Source of the DNA: Eledone cirrhosa
Lineage: Eukaryota
Reading direction: 5' to 3'
DNA length: 64,000 nt
Assembly (NCBI GenBank): GCA_964016885.1
Contig: OZ024745.1
Coordinates: 125,054,001-125,118,000 of the forward strand
Positions 42,975 to 58,160 of this stretch are shown here, one piece after another. Made by a program: the position numbers and the translations under genes. The first letter of the stretch is position 1. Each line of letters opens with the position of its first letter. Below the pieces are notes generated by a model. It saw nothing but the letters and a program-made list of their open reading frames with translations, ran no database searches and was not told the DNA's origin.

Positions 42975-43672
42975 GTAATAATTTATTATTTATTGGCCAC
43001 AAGGGCCGACATTGGACAATATAAAAAACAAATATCATAAACAATAATGTCTCCAATAGAGAGAGAGAACCACACAGGGGCGTCCCAGGCACCCCACAAA
43101 TTCTGAACTACCCACCGCTTCGAGAGCACCCGGGAAGGGCACCCCTCTTCTATACCAGTTAGACAGCCTAAAGGAGCACGATCAGTCTAGACCCATTCAC
43201 ACGGGTCATTCTCATCACATTCAACTACCTTTTAGCAATTGTACACGGGACAACAGTTCACTCTCCATCCTCACCATCGTTTCGAAGTGAAACTTGAAAA
43301 AGTTGATGATGAGTGGCCGAAGAGTGTTTGACTTCAGTCCTTTCAGCCTTGTCCACCACACAACATGTTTCACTACAGCCACCAGAGAGAGACAAACTGC
43401 CTGCCCTTACCGGCCAAAAGAAGGCGAGGGCGAGATCTTTGTGATGAACTCGGTCAATAGATAAATCCGCCCCACACGCGATAACAACTGTTTGATATGA
43501 TTCCACAAGTCAGTAATGAAGAGATACTGGACGAATGCGAGCAGAACGGTTTCGTTGCTCTGTGCACCTCGGATAGGTCGTTCTCACCGAAATGATGTGC
43601 CTGTAGACTTTACCTGGAATTGGCAGTGCCCCCAAGAGAGGGATATCTGTAAACTGTCCATAGCCCCCAGTG
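42975..43672 (-). mobile_element. Tx1-clade LINE 3' fragment (zf-RVT region, 3' UTR, (TAA)n tail)
   Basis: Homologous to 59120-59899 (ctggggctatggacagtttacagata..., ETVLLAFVQ). 3' end ggcccttgtggccaataaa. Confidence 0.8.
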
Positions 43673-44539
43673 TTGTTGTTAATTTCTTGTTACTGTTTTG
43701 GCCATTATTACTTATGATGCAATATGTGTATCTGCGTGTAAAAATGAGTATAAAACAAAATCAAAAGATGTACCAACAAAATACAAACTAAAGAAAAACC
43801 CTCCAATAATATCTATTGATACTATAGCGAATTCCAGATTGTCAGTAGTTCATCATTTTAGACAAATTTCAATATGCTTGTCATAATTTTGTTTACGTAA
43901 TTTTGTATATTCAAATCCTGCGTTTCTTACGTCCGCCAGATTGGAAAAGGATATACTAATCTCTGATGCGTGTAGCACAAGGGTAGTTAATGTATGCTAT
44001 GTAGTAGATTAAGTACAGACGAATCTATGGTCAACTCAACGTCTATCCGAGTTATTCATGTTCTCACATGATTGATATCTGAAAACGTGTGTATGTATCT
44101 ACAGGTCTGTATATATATAGTTACACGTAAAAATATTATAATTAAAAGGTTTTATCCGTGCATGTTTCACAACACATTATATCCCATTGTACTAAACACA
44201 TTCCCTTGAAATAAATGGAGACGCAAATATATTATTTCTGTCTAAAAGAAAATATGTTCATTGATAAACACACTAGCTAAAAGTTAGGCTAATCACAGCT
44301 GTTCCAGATCTAGTCATATGTAGGTTCAGTAAGGCTCATCATTGGGCTAAACAACAAAGCTGTACTCTTCATTCAGGATTTCTTATTACTGATTAGCAGC
44401 ATGCTGTTGTTACATCAAAGTTATTCATATGAATAACCTGTTCGTTCCGACGTAGCTTATCACCTTCATTTCTTTAGACAATGTCTCTCTCATGCTTTAT
44501 TTCAACATAACTAGGTAAAAACTACAATAATATTCTTAA

Positions 44540-44731
44540 TTAATTGTTTCTATTTTAGGCACAAGGCCAGCAATTACCCAGTACATTACTGGTACTTTAT
44601 TTTATCGACCCCGTAAGGATGAAAGGCAAAGTTAACCTCGGCGGGATTTGAACTCAGAATAGCAAGGGCCGTAACTCTATGCGTCAAAGCATGGCGTCCA
44701 ACCCTCTACCGATACTGCCAATTCACCGTCC
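44540..44731 (-). mobile_element. SINE (Meta/MESC-like), full length
   Basis: Close to the window consensus. Flanked by direct repeat taatattcttaattaat. Confidence 0.92.
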
Positions 44732-45026
44732 TTATATATATAATATTCTTAATTAATATTGTATATATTACTTTTGTTTTAATATTATTAATACAAGCCA
44801 GGTATCTATTTTGAAACTTTCATGTTATATTTTTGTTTTTAAATAAAAAAAGAATCTTCGTTTTTCTCATATTTGCTAATGATATTGATATTTTTGATGA
44901 GATTCTCACTTGCGAATATCAAACGTATTTTTCACAAAAGGAAATTAGATAGTTTAACCTTTTCTATCTGTAATTAGCTTCAATGAAAATATCATATATA
45001 ACATACTTTTGATATTCCACTTTATA

Positions 45027-45274
45027 TAATGTTGTCTACTATAGGCACAGGGTCACCAATTTTGGGAGAGTGGTAAGCCTATTAAATCGACCCCCACTGC
45101 ATTACTGGAGCTTTATTTTATCGAACCCCAGTGCATTACTGGTGCTTTATTTTATCGACACTGTAATGGTGAAAGGCAAAGCTATCCTCAGCGAGAGTTA
45201 ATCCCAGAACGTAAACAGCCATAACTCTATGCTGCAAAGCATGGTGTCTGATGCTCTACCGATACTGCCAATCC
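45027..45274 (-). mobile_element. SINE with internal tandem duplication
   Basis: atcgacccccactgcattactggagctttatttt occurs twice. Confidence 0.85.
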
Positions 45275-45678
45275 AAAATCATTCAGTTTTACAGTGTCTT
45301 ACTTTATAATGAGATGTGCAAATGTATTTTATATTACTGCACTATGCTTTACAAGCTGTATTGCAGATTGATTGACCTTTCATAGGGATACAAGGTGGTT
45401 TTATATGTTACTCCACAGTATTATATCATTCAGTTCACTTGTGTATTTTTTTTTTCAGTCCATTCTTAGAAGATGCGTATGTGTGTGTCAGATAATTATA
45501 GTTGAATGACGCGTATGTTTGACAGTAAGCATTTTCCACTGCAGGTAACATCAGATAAAATTACAAGTTGCACCCGTAAATAATGAAGGGTGATAGCTTG
45601 ACTGTCTTTTTAAAGTACTCACTCTTAATGAATTATGACCTTATGACAAAAACCACAAAAATTAATCTATATAGTAAT

Positions 45679-46073
45679 AAATAATTGTTTCTACATTTGG
45701 CACAAGGCAAGCAATTACCCAGTACATTACTGGTACTTTATTTTATCGACCCCGTAAGGATGAAAGGCAAAGTTAACCTTGACGTGATTTAAATTCAGAC
45801 CGTAAAGGGACGTAACTATGCTAGAAAGCATGGTGTCCGACCCTCCACCGGTACTACCAATTATAAATGATAATTATTTCTACTTTAGGCAGAAAGCCAG
45901 CAATTTGAAAGGGAGGGGAAAGTCGATTAAATCGACTCCAGGTTATTTATCGACCGCGTAAGGATGAAAGGCAAAGCTAACCTCGGTGGGATTTGAACTC
46001 AGAACGTAAATGGCCGTAACTCTATGTTGTAAAGCATGGCGGTCAACGCTCTACCGATTCTGCTAATCCACCA
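45679..46073 (-). mobile_element. Two tandem SINEs (45679-45862, 45870-46073)
   Basis: Family head, core and tail occur twice. Confidence 0.88.
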
Positions 46074-47064
46074 CTCTAAGGAAATAAATAATAATAGAAC
46101 CCATCATTTACCTTTTTATGGTATATCATTAATGTAAACGACTGGGTATTTAAGAAATTTGCTTTATAACTGAAGAGTTATGAGTTAACTCATCTGAACA
46201 CTATTTCAGGAAATTTCTTTCTACTGTAGATGCATCAGTGTAAATAACCTTTATGGACTGAATACGAATATCCTTAAATAGAAATGAGTAGTATAGGTTA
46301 TCACGTAATCCATGGGAAATTACTAAGCATCTTCTTAATTATCAAACCTGAACATTATTCATAGTAATACTATTATATATGTAAGACTAATTGTTCTATT
46401 GTACAAAAAAAGAAACACTCTCACCTGTATTGAGAACCTGAGAATCGTAAAGGATTCAGTCATTTTCCCAAGTTATTTATTTATCTGGCGGTGTATTACC
46501 TTTTTGGTCTTCTGTACTGATTGTTGAGTTTCAGTAGCAATATTTCTCCTCGTGATGTATTAGTTGCAAAATAGTAATGACAACGAAACCATAGAGAAAT
46601 AAAGCTAGTGCTTTCAACAGCCTACTGCTTAACACCAATACGTTTTGTTTTTAAAGATTATCTGTGTCCACAATAAAACTCGGTATTTCGATGTAATTTA
46701 GCTGAATAGAATTTTGTTGATTCCATCTCAGACTATAAGGAAGTAAAATGCAAAATATCACTGATAATTCTTTTCTTCTATTTTCTTTAGTTGTACTAAA
46801 TTTTGCTTACGAGATTCGTATATTATATTTCCTATGCTTTGTCCTAATATATTATGATAGTATGATAATCATTTCCATATTTTTAATTAATGTTAATTAT
46901 GCCTTGATGTCTTTTAATTTTGAAAATTTAAAGATACTTTATGTTTTTGTTATTTTGAAAAATCCTTTCAAATATATGTATATGAAAACATGCTTTTCGT
47001 TTAATTATTGCAGCTTTCATATTTTTGCATCATTTAACATAAAAATCTCGTTTATTACTCTCGT

Positions 47065-47340
47065 GAAGGCCTGTAGCTTAGTGGTTAGGATTTCAATCTG
47101 TTGAACATAAGACGTTTTGAACGTAGTGATGTTGAGAAAAGCTCTAGTTTCCATGTATGTCTAGCTTATTAAAAATGAGTGCCGACAGCAGCAAGTTTTT
47201 GATAGTCTTTTGACGGCAGCCGCTTGGTGTTACACTTGAAATGGTTTGTACTCTCTCCCTCTCGCTTTATAACCAAGAGTCTAAGATTCGCTCCGGTGTT
47301 TGTCCAACTAGAGCAAAGCATGGTTATAGGTTATAAATAC
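47065..47340 (+). mobile_element. Degenerate SINE-like element of a third type
   Basis: tRNA-like head gaaggcctgtagcttagtggttagg; body uncertain. Confidence 0.3.
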
Positions 47341-49983
47341 TTTTGTCCCAATATCCTGGGTACAAAATTGTGAATAATTTCATTGCGATATAGTCATTTG
47401 TTTAATTTTGTCAAACATACATGTTTCCCATATAGTGATCTAACCATGCATCGTTCTGTATCGTATTTGATACAGAACATTCTGTATCCTTCTGTTAAAT
47501 TAATTCTGTTAACGTTGAAAAACATATTATTGGACAAAATACTAACAAGTCTGATCAAATTGCAACTAGCGGAATAAAATACATTTTAAGTATATTTTCT
47601 GTTTAATTGTTGCTTTATTCTGCTTTTAGTCATTGCTTTCATATAATCCTTATATCCTAATATTAGATAACTGTATTATTGTGTATTAATTAAACCGTTA
47701 TGTTACAGAAAATTCTGTGGTGGATAAAGTAGAATTTATATAATGAAAATAAGAAGTACTTTACTTTCCTAAAATGTTTATAATAATGGCTATGCATGAA
47801 GAAATACAAGTAACATTTATATACTATTTTAATGATGTTCTTTACTCTCTTCATGATATATTAGGTGTATAGATTAAAGTTCAATAAAAGAATCAGTTTA
47901 AATGCACATTTGCACACGAGCCAGCTAAGTTAACAATTATTGTCGTAGCTTGACGACAAATTATGTAGCGATGTGATCTGAACAAAGAATTTCTTTTAAT
48001 GGATATTTTCCAATTTGTTATTGGATCTTATTAATTACATAGATTAAATGTATTTAGTCTAGCAACAACAACAATAGTAACATTTGCTATGGTAAAACTA
48101 ATACAGGTGACAGCAGCAACAGTAACCACAAGGGTACAAACAACAATACTAACAAGACATGTGATAATTACAGTCGTAGAGGAAGCATCTGAAACTCCAA
48201 TACGACTGGAAACAACAGAACAGCATCAGCTTAATTAATAGAACTTATAGGAACTTGAAGCACGTTTATTGCCTGAAACAGCTGTATGTTTTACTTCTCT
48301 AGACAAACAGCTACCATTGACATGAAATGGGCGAGATTCCTAAGACTTTTGGAAAATTACCAATATATCAATGGTATTAGTATTCGATGTATCAATATGA
48401 ATTTGTTTTATTAATTCAGTTTTCTTTACAGTGATGTACCTTAATTACTTAAAGAAACCATGTTTTATTGACACATCGTGTGAGGTCATCCGTTCTGCCA
48501 TGCGTGTCTCAGTTCAATTCCTTCTATAAAGGCAGAAAGATTTCATTGATATTTCGTTCACGTTGTTGATTACTATCAACATAATTGTTTCCCCTTTCAT
48601 TTTTATAATTTTAACTCTGAAAATACAATTGTTTAATAATAACTGTTATGCTGTTTATAAAGATAGATTATATTTCCTTTAATGGACTATAACAGAAAAT
48701 GTATACTTAAACATACAGTCAGGTATGTATATTAGTACACACATCAGAAGATAACAGATAGTACATAGTTTACCATATATATATATATATATAGTATAAA
48801 AAAAAACGAAAAATTAGTGATGCATCTGGACTCAGTTTATTGCGTGTTACAATTGTTTCGCCGGCAGGTAGCTCGAGACATGATAACTGTATGGATCTGG
48901 CTGATTCTACGGCTGCAGGTTCCTTCGGACACAGGCAATTCGTTCGGAGCAAATTTTCACACTGGGGTGTTGTCGTCAAAAAGCACCTTCAAAAAAAATC
49001 TTCCACTCTTGTCATGCCATTGGCTGTTGTTATCCTAAGTCATCAGAAGTTCCGGTCACTATTTACTGCTACACGGGTCAACAGCCTTTATCCGTCCGAC
49101 ACACTTCAATGGAGCCATGTTGGGTTTGGTGTCTCACACGTCTGTTCACACTCCAGAGTATGTACCCACATATACACACACACGCGCAGGCACACACCCA
49201 TGCAGGCATACACATATGTACGCATATATGTGTAGACACACATACCCCCATGCACATATATACACGCACACACTCTCCCTCTCTTCCACAAACCCAGACA
49301 CACCCACATCCACATACCGACCGCCACATGCCTATTGGCGCTTGCCTAAACAGCGCCATAGATCCGGTCTCACACGCACGCATTCGCGCACACAAGCACA
49401 GACACACACGTCCACGCATACAAAGACACATATCGGCGTTCGGGCACATCAGCACATATATACACAAACACTCTCAGACACATACATGGATACACACGCA
49501 CATACACACATATCCTTATGGATAGGCATCAAGGATAGACACACTTACAAAGACATAAGCACACATACACACACATACACACACCTGTACATATATCTAC
49601 ACACAAGTACATGTACCCGCATATAAACACATAGACAAACCCTGTCTTATGTGGGTGAACGTACGCACCCACACACAGACACACCCTCACTGACAGATAC
49701 ACACACCATATATATATATATGCGTGTGTACATAGACACACACACATATGCACACGCATGCAGACACACACGTATACACATATACATATATGTATACGCA
49801 CACATATATAAACATACACATGTATATACGCACATACACATACATACTTATACGCACATATGTCTATATGTGTACCTTCTCCTTTACCTCCACTAAACAT
49901 ATATATATATATATATATATATATACATTTAATAAATTCACACATAATTTAGGGAGATGCAACTATATTTCTTTTTAATTTCC

Positions 49984-50340
49984 TTGGGTGGAATTACCCT
50001 CATCCTATTCGAAAACATTAAATACCACATCTGGGACGCGACATGCTTTGACAGCACGTTCTCCGCCTCCAACTTAGTCGCTTCAGCTCCGAACCACGGT
50101 TCCACGGTCCAAAAAACAGATGTCAGGACGACAATCAAACACTGAGGCTTGATTGATTGCTTTCTATTTGCACTCATCACCAACGATTCCTCAGGGTTCC
50201 TCAGACCCCGCACTGTCGAGCTCCTCCGTAAAATCGGAAAGACAGCTTGCAGAGAGAGGAAAGAACCCCACCAGTTGGGGTGGCTGTTCTAGAAGATGAT
50301 GCTGGACATTTTCCGGGAAAATGTGAACAATGTAGAGTGA
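49984..50340 (+). pseudogene. Restriction-like endonuclease (RLE) domain of a CRE-clade non-LTR retrotransposon
   Basis: GITLILFENIKYHIWDATCFDSTFSASNLVASA...DSSGFLRP...LLRKIG...EPHQLGWLF*K, matching the PDGxTLxPxxxGxxLxWDATCxDT...ETxGxxGP...WLFQR pattern. Confidence 0.75.
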
Positions 50341-50641
50341 AACAACTGCTAAGTATTGCAGTCCAATTCGACCACATTCTTTACTCGATCGAAGGGAGTA
50401 ATTAACATTGTTTACATACCTCTGCCCCTCTGATAATTTTCCCGTTCGAATCTTATCGGTAGTAGCAGACAACTCAGTCGAATTATTTTGGAAATGTTCC
50501 GTGGTGATTTGAGAGTTCCACAACTTAAAATTGGTGAGTTTGTTCAATGAAACCGCAGTAAGGATGCCCTGAGTAAATAGATAAATATCTTATTTGCGCC
50601 TCCCAAATATGATTTATATATATATATATATATATATATAG

Positions 50642-50681
<40 letters not shown>

Positions 50682-50713
50682 AATTAGAGAGTAAACAACA
50701 CAGAACATAACTA

Positions 50714-50783
50714 CTCCATTACCAAAGGTTTCCGGATTACAGACGATAAAAATATGTACGTCTGGATCGGTCGTCAGATAGAG
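50714..50783 (-). ncRNA. Type I hammerhead ribozyme, intact core
   Basis: Minus strand: ctctat-CTGACGA-ccgatccagacg...cgtctgtaatccg-GAAA-cc ttt gg-TA-atggag. Confidence 0.8.
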
Positions 50784-51056
50784 ATGTTATAGATAAAAGA
50801 CATGAAATAAAATTTATAATCTGTTAAAAATTGGAAGTGAGGCTGGAAAAATAACGGGATAAAAAAAAAAAAATATATAAATGTATAGCAATATAGAGAA
50901 AGACATATGTGTACATACATATGCACACACATACACACATTCAGATAAAAGGGAAATTATATATATATGTATACATACATATGTGCAAACACACGCATAT
51001 ATATAAATATATATATGCACATGTATATTATATGTCCGTGTATATTTGTGTACATA

Positions 51057-51146
<90 letters not shown>

Positions 51147-51369
51147 TACACACACCCATATATATATATATATATGAAATCATACGGAAACATCACACAC
51201 ACAGTGTTAGACAAGAATACAGTTACATACGCAAAACTTCAAATGGATACATATGACCAGTAGAATCTGAAATCTAATATTTGTATTAACTCTAATTCTG
51301 AGATATTCAAAATTTGCCCACATATAAGAACTCACCTCCTTTCCCGGTATAACGAAAATATTTTGAACA

Positions 51370-51670
51370 CTTACCCACCTTGAACACTCTCTCCTCTTCA
51401 CACATTCAACACTTATCATATATTACACCTTGAACACTCTTTCTTACTTTAAACACTATGGACATTTATCACACATGCAACACTTATCTTATATTACGCC
51501 CTTATTTTATATTACACCTATTATATTCATTTCTTCATTTTCCTTACTTTTACCCTGAACAATCTTTCTTATTTTATTTTACTCTATTTCACACTTATTT
51601 TACATATTATTTACTTCTTGACTTTATCTTTTCCTGAACATTCTCTCTTATTTTATCCCATACTTTCAAC
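51370..51670. repeat. Degenerate pyrimidine-rich minisatellite (ccttgaacactct...acacttatc)
   Basis: At least four diverged units. Confidence 0.55.
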
Positions 51671-51682
51671 AACAAAATATTT

Positions 51683-51731
<49 letters not shown>

Positions 51732-51800
51732 GGTCGTCCTCTTGTCTATAATTTTCAGCCCCATCGATTTTATCTGTTATATTCCTTTGTTATATTTCGA

Positions 51801-51858
51801 ATAACTGATGATATCAGCGGACTCATACGGAACCCGGACATTGAAATGATCATAGTAT
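51801..51858 (+). ncRNA. Type I hammerhead motif in a 180-bp insert between (TA)n tracts
   Basis: ataa-CTGATGA-[31 nt]-GAAA-t gatc a-TA-gtat. Palindromic stem III; stem I weak. Confidence 0.6.
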
Positions 51859-51909
51859 AATAAACGTTCAAGGATTTACACCAGTCCAGCCTCCTGTTAT
51901 TTAATTATA

Positions 51910-52502
<593 letters not shown>

Positions 52503-53699
52503 TACAATATTTCTGCCCAACCACTAAGCTCTTAGAATTTCGTCAACTAGGGAGTCGCGCCTGTAGTTACCAACTTGCTGTCGAAACTTTACCGTGGGGT
52601 ACAATATCTTTAATTCGCCTAAAATCTTCTTTTTACAGTCATCGAGATAAGGCAAATTGGTATCACCGGGAATAGCAATACTTTCTAAAACAGGGATTTT
52701 TCAGAGGGAAGGATTACATTCCTCTTATATTTTGAATTGTCATGTAGTGATTTTACTCAATTGTAATTTTCAGTGTTACTCATTAAAATAAAACGAATGG
52801 CTTTATTATGGTGTTTTCTGTACTGTTAATTTGTTATCGCCCTAATGGATGGGTTTGTTGATATTTCATTTGAGATATTTCCAATGATTAAAATATCACC
52901 CCAATTCCTTCTTTGACTAAATCTCTTCTCTGAGATTTACAATTCTTTGCCTGGGAGACATGAATCTCCCATTTGAGAATCATTGATCTAAAAGGATCAT
53001 TTGATAAATTGAAAACAAACATCAATGATGACATATTCTGTTAGTAAGACGTATTCTCACAAAAACATAACTTGAGTAAACAATATCAATCCTAATAATA
53101 AAAGCAATATCACTTTTTCATCACAAACATTTTCTGTATTTGGGACACAAAACGTTCAGTACCCTAACTAATGTTATATATGAGGAACGTGGCATCACTT
53201 AGTCAAATATTGATGATCGGTCCGTACACACAACATAAAGTGACATTTACATGACGATAGCAATACCAATAACGTAGATTCTGAAAACATTATACATATT
53301 CACTATAAATTAAATGGTATTCTAATTTTAATGGAAATTGATATGGATGTATCTATTTCGTATTTCTATATTGATAATATCCGTTGGAAATCACATCATT
53401 GCTCCAAACACTTAACATTTGACGGTTCAGAATTCACTGCGAAATTAATTGTAAATCTTATTATTTCATAACATAACGTTATGAATTCATGTGTTAATTT
53501 TATATTTATGTGCATTTTGTTTTAATGGCAATGTTTCTAAAGGATAACACAGCTTAAATTCATGTAAGGATTTTAAATATAGTAAGATGAATGTTGTCCC
53601 TTAAGTAATTTTTAATTTAAAAGCGGAAATTAGATGATGCATATCTCCAGAAATCTTGTAACATTGTAATATGATTAGAATAGCCTACTTTGCCTATGG

Positions 53700-54400
53700 T
53701 GAAGATAAGAAAGATTAATGTACCGGTTAGAATGGATTTAGATTACAACGTTCACTGAAATGCCCATATTGTTATATATATACACACACCAGGTGTATAT
53801 TTTTCAAAATGAAGGGTTCATAGTTCCATATTTCTGGCTCAAATCACACATATTGAAGAATTTAATACGTATAATTACATACCCATTCGTTATGTATTTT
53901 CCAGAATCCGGCAAGCATAATTCCTCCATACAAATATGCATATTAGAGCATACGAATATGAGAAGGATTTAGTGTTCCAAACACTTTTTTCTCTGATAAT
54001 GATGCTAAATATGACTTAAATTCCCTATTCCGCCGTACACAATATCATTGCAACGTGTCATACACACCTATCATTCCCAGGCAAAAGCCCTGCAGTGATA
54101 TTCACTCAGAGATTAAAACATTTCGAATACTACCATTGTGGAGTTTCTGACGTTGATTTACAATTGTGCATGATTCTTTACACATAAATACTACAGATTA
54201 TTGTAGGATGTCTTGAGCTGAAACATTAATCCAAAGAAACATACGAGTTGCTATTAACCAATTATTGAAATTTGGCGAACTGGAGTCTTCTTATACGTAC
54301 GTTCATGTCATCTTTTACATAAGCAAATTACATTGTTCGTGCTGAATATAACATTGCATGGCTAAAAATGATAAAAATAGATTTGTAACGAATAAACAGT
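53700..54400 (-). pseudogene. Highly decayed RTE-like RT remnant
   Basis: Minus strand AGLLPG...REFKSYLASLSEKKVFGTLN, resembling QAGFRPG...REFxxxLYLAFxDxEKAFDSL. Confidence 0.3.
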
Positions 54401-55896
54401 AAGCAATAGATTTTTCACCGAGGGATGAAATTATTTTAGTCCCCATAAACGTTACGTGTAAACAGATGACTAACTGTGTTGATCTAACGATGTATGACAA
54501 ATATAAGTATAGTAATAGTGCAATATCAAATTGAATGGAGAAGATTACGGCACCACCAATTGCTAAATTTAATTAAGAATTTCTGCGTTCAAAAAGAAAC
54601 TCAGGAAACTGTGATAAAAAATATCTTCATATCACAAATTATTATTGCTATCGTTTGATGATAGAATCATGCATGTTTTCTGTGTGCAGCTATGGTGAGG
54701 TATTGGACTAGATACTAATACATGATGCAATACGATTGTGGAGGTACGTATACAGTCTCTGATGCGAACCTTAAATTATAGACGTTTCTATATTCATTAT
54801 TATTATTCTAGATCTTTCCGGTATAATCTGATGAATTATTACCGTGTGTTGCTGTCTCATACAGCAAGCAACCACCATGTTCAATGCAGGCGTCAAGTTT
54901 AAATCACTTTATTCAAACTTTGCCACAAAAATTTAAAATGTTGATGGGGAAATAAATCTTCATAAAAAATTAAAACAAGAACACATTCGCGTATTCAATA
55001 TGTTTAAACGCAAGCTGTATACATTCCCACACATAAATATAACACATACGTACACATATCTAAGTATATTTATATATGGGATGTTCTGTCTTGATACATA
55101 TATGTCTTTAGAACTCGCACAATCAAACACTCATTATGAGCCTCTACAAATTTAGATATCACTACCATTAACAGGAATCACAGAAGTGTGTGAGCTTCGC
55201 CCACAGATGAGTCATCAGATGAGAAGAGTACATAAATTACGAATACGCAATATGATGTCTTGAACGTTAAAATAATAAGTAGGCTAATAGGCCTAGCAAG
55301 GAACACATGAGCTGAAACAATCATACATAATGCTAAGCACAAACAAACGAATGAGGCCCCAATAATCTCGGAACAAATACATTGTACCGTTTATTCAAAT
55401 GATGGCCAGAAATTGAATGATACAAAATAAGACACGTCTAACCTTAGAATATACAATACAGAATACCCCAAAACTATTGCAACATGATATATAAATGATA
55501 TAAATCAGGCATTGCTTAATCTCAATGAGTTCACAGATACATTAGTACAATTGTTCATTTGTTTCAAACAGTGTCTCTATATCCTTATGGCTTCTTTCAA
55601 ATGCGGTAATCTCAGAAGAGGATCACACCAGCTAAATGAATTTGGAGTTTGAAAAGCAGATATATGAACTACCCACTCACGCAGGCCATAATAATATCAA
55701 CAAAACGTTATGTGAACATAGAGATGTGATTTGTTTTTCTGTTGAAAGTAAAAAACTTGAATCACATCGAAAGCTTCACAATTCAATATATTGCAAAGGG
55801 AACCTTTTGGTATAGAAGCAATTAATTATCTGGGAAAAGAAAGAAGTGCAATGTCAATCTTTTTCTTGGATGTTTTTTTTCCTTGACACATATAAC

Positions 55897-55932
<36 letters not shown>

Positions 55933-55962
55933 ATCAAAAGATGGTTAAAGGAGTTCCATGTA

Positions 55963-56029
55963 TTTTATTATGCGCATTTCAAAAACAAACATCATCATGC
56001 AATAATATTTGTGTTTTCATCAGATAAAA
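55963..56029 (-). ncRNA. Type I hammerhead ribozyme, intact core (mirror copy)
   Basis: Reverse complement of 56157-56223. Confidence 0.85.
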
Positions 56030-56156
56030 CAGGAGAACATGATATGAAGGCTAAAAAACACTTGTGGATAGTGCAGTTTTAAATCAACATATCATATGTT
56101 GATTTAAAACTGCACTATCCACAAGTGTTTTTTAGCCTTCATATTATGTTCTCCTG

Positions 56157-56223
56157 TTTTATCTGATGAAAACACAAATATTATTGCATGATGATGTTTG
56201 TTTTTGAAATGCGCATAATAAAA
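56157..56223 (+). ncRNA. Type I hammerhead ribozyme, intact core
   Basis: ttttat-CTGATGA-aaacacaaatattatt gc atgatgatgtttgttttt-GAAA-t gcgc a-TA-ataaaa. Palindromic stem III ATGCGCAT. Confidence 0.85.
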
Positions 56224-56351
56224 TACATGGAACTCCTTTAACCATCTTTTGATCTTATATATTATGTATACTCCAGTCCTACAAACTGTAGAGTGCTTCT
56301 TATCCGATATCTGCATTGCTTTATTGTACTACAATAAAACTCACCTCCTAC

Positions 56352-56424
<73 letters not shown>

Positions 56425-56439
56425 TTTCTTTTCATCGAG

Positions 56440-58160
56440 GATTTGGTTTGGGAGGCGCAAAGTTGCGCAATCCCGATCTGTTCCATACACGACAAACTCC
56501 ACCTCATAGTGAGGGTAGGGTGTAAATCTGGCTTCGGTGGGGTTCTGATCAATTTAGATCTATCCAAAGCTTTCGATAGGGTGGGCCATCGATAATTGGA
56601 GGCTTTTCTCAAGGCGTCTTCAGAGGCTGGATCACTGCAATGGAGAGTGGCATCTGCTCAGTGGTCAAAGAAAATCGCCACCTTTCGGAACCGTTTCGGA
56701 TCACCCGATTAGTCTGTCAAGGATTCCCTCTCTCCTCCCTTCTGTACGTATTGACTCCGGAGTCTTTACTAGCTGGAGCTGTTGCAGGGTATCCCGTTCG
56801 AAAGGAGTCGACATCACCGTGTTGGTGTCCAGTACCTCGGAAATCGATGTGGTCGGTATATTATTGGGGAAATATGGAAAACTGACAGGAGCGAAACTAA
56901 ACCCGGAATGTCGGGGGGCTGGCTTACAACTCGACAGCTAGAGAAGCAAGTAAATACCGTCCAACAGTGTCGTCGGGCACTAGACGGACGGACCGGTAAA
57001 GTTGCTCGGGGATTGGTTTGGAACAGACCTCAAGTGGATAAGAATTGGGACGAGGTGACGATCAGTGTAGCTACATTCACCCAGAAATGGGCCAAGAGGA
57101 AGCATTCCCTGAAATGTCGGACGGAGGTGGCGAACGCGTAGATCGCGACCCTCATCTACTACTGCTTTGACCCCGTCCGCGCCTCCCCAAATTGGAGCGG
57201 CTCCTCTTCAACTTCTTGTGGAGGAGACAGGTTCCGTTAGTGAGGCGTCCATCTGCTGCCGGCACCCTCTACGTGGTGGGCTGGGCATGCCGTGGCTAAT
57301 GATGCCCAAACATGCGCTGAGGCTGCGACATCTCCAGATATCTGGACAGGTGTGGTCACCGTTTGTCAGACGGGCTTTTGCGCATCTCGTTCCTTTAACT
57401 GGGATGCAGTCCTGGGTCACGAAGAGACCGAAACTTGGCAAATGGAATCTGAAATGTTGCCAGTTGGGCAATGCGGTAAGTAGACATTCCAGTCAAGAGA
57501 TTCTATGCGTCCACGAGAACGAACTAACCAGTCTTTTCCGGAGGACTTTCGAGCCGGGGACTATGTAAAATTTCCAGAAACCCCTCGCTTGGCTGTGCTA
57601 CTGACGAGCACTGCCGGTTCGAGATGAATTCTATAGGCACGGTAGTGCTGCCAGACGGAGCTTTCCGAGATGCTCGCAGAGCGACGAAACCGATTTGCAC
57701 ACACTAGTCCTGTGCCTGTGTATTGCTGACTTGAAATTATGTCGAACAGCTGTTATTGCGTGTTGGACCAATCCGATTATCGACCGAGTCCATAGTGAGT
57801 ATCGCCCCACTGCCTTCTTTTGGCTGGGAAGAGCAGACAATTTTCCTTTGTCTGATAGCTGTAGCAAAAGCGGTCGTATGGTGGACGCGACTGAAATGTC
57901 TAAAGACAGACACTTTCCTCTTCGGCTAAGACCTCGTCAACTTTTTCAATTTCCATTTGGAACTGAAGATAAGGGTGGAGAGAGAAATGTTGCCACCCCA
58001 GTTCATTTGTTAAGAAGAGGGTTGATTGCTGCGAGGATGGCCCGTGTGAATGGGCCAACCCTGATCATACGCCTGTAGGCTGGAAGGATGAAGGGAGAGT
58101 GGGGCACCTTCCTGAGGTGCTCTTCGAGATGAAGGTGGGTTGGGATTTGTGGGCTTCCTA
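56440..58160 (+). pseudogene. Tx1/L1-clade LINE ORF2 remnant (RT to zf-RVT), copy A
   Basis: SIHDKLHLI; LINLDLSKAFDRVGHR; VCQGFPLSSLLYVL; HPLRGGLGMPWL; ALPVRD...RCSQSDET. Many stops and frameshifts. Confidence 0.9.

Larger units (their letters stand above)
55931..56354. mobile_element. HHR fold-back cassette (family G): 162-bp-arm palindrome plus tail
   Basis: Arms 55931-56092 / 56094-56255 with one mismatch and a 1-nt centre. ~95 bp tail. (TA)n on both sides. Confidence 0.92.

Noticed and set aside
46748-47104. 118-aa hydrophobic ORF
   Set aside because: T-rich composition explains the F/I/L bias; no motif or splice context.
48180-48300. GAAAcagctgTA with an upstream ctgaaac
   Set aside because: The 5' core is too decayed to call an HHR; possibly an old member of the same class.
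49078-49945. Overlapping 130-170 aa His/Thr-rich ORFs
   Set aside because: Degenerate (CA)n-derived low-complexity sequence.
55846-56316. Identical peptides on opposite strands (also at 33947-34134)
   Set aside because: A consequence of DNA palindromes, not genes.
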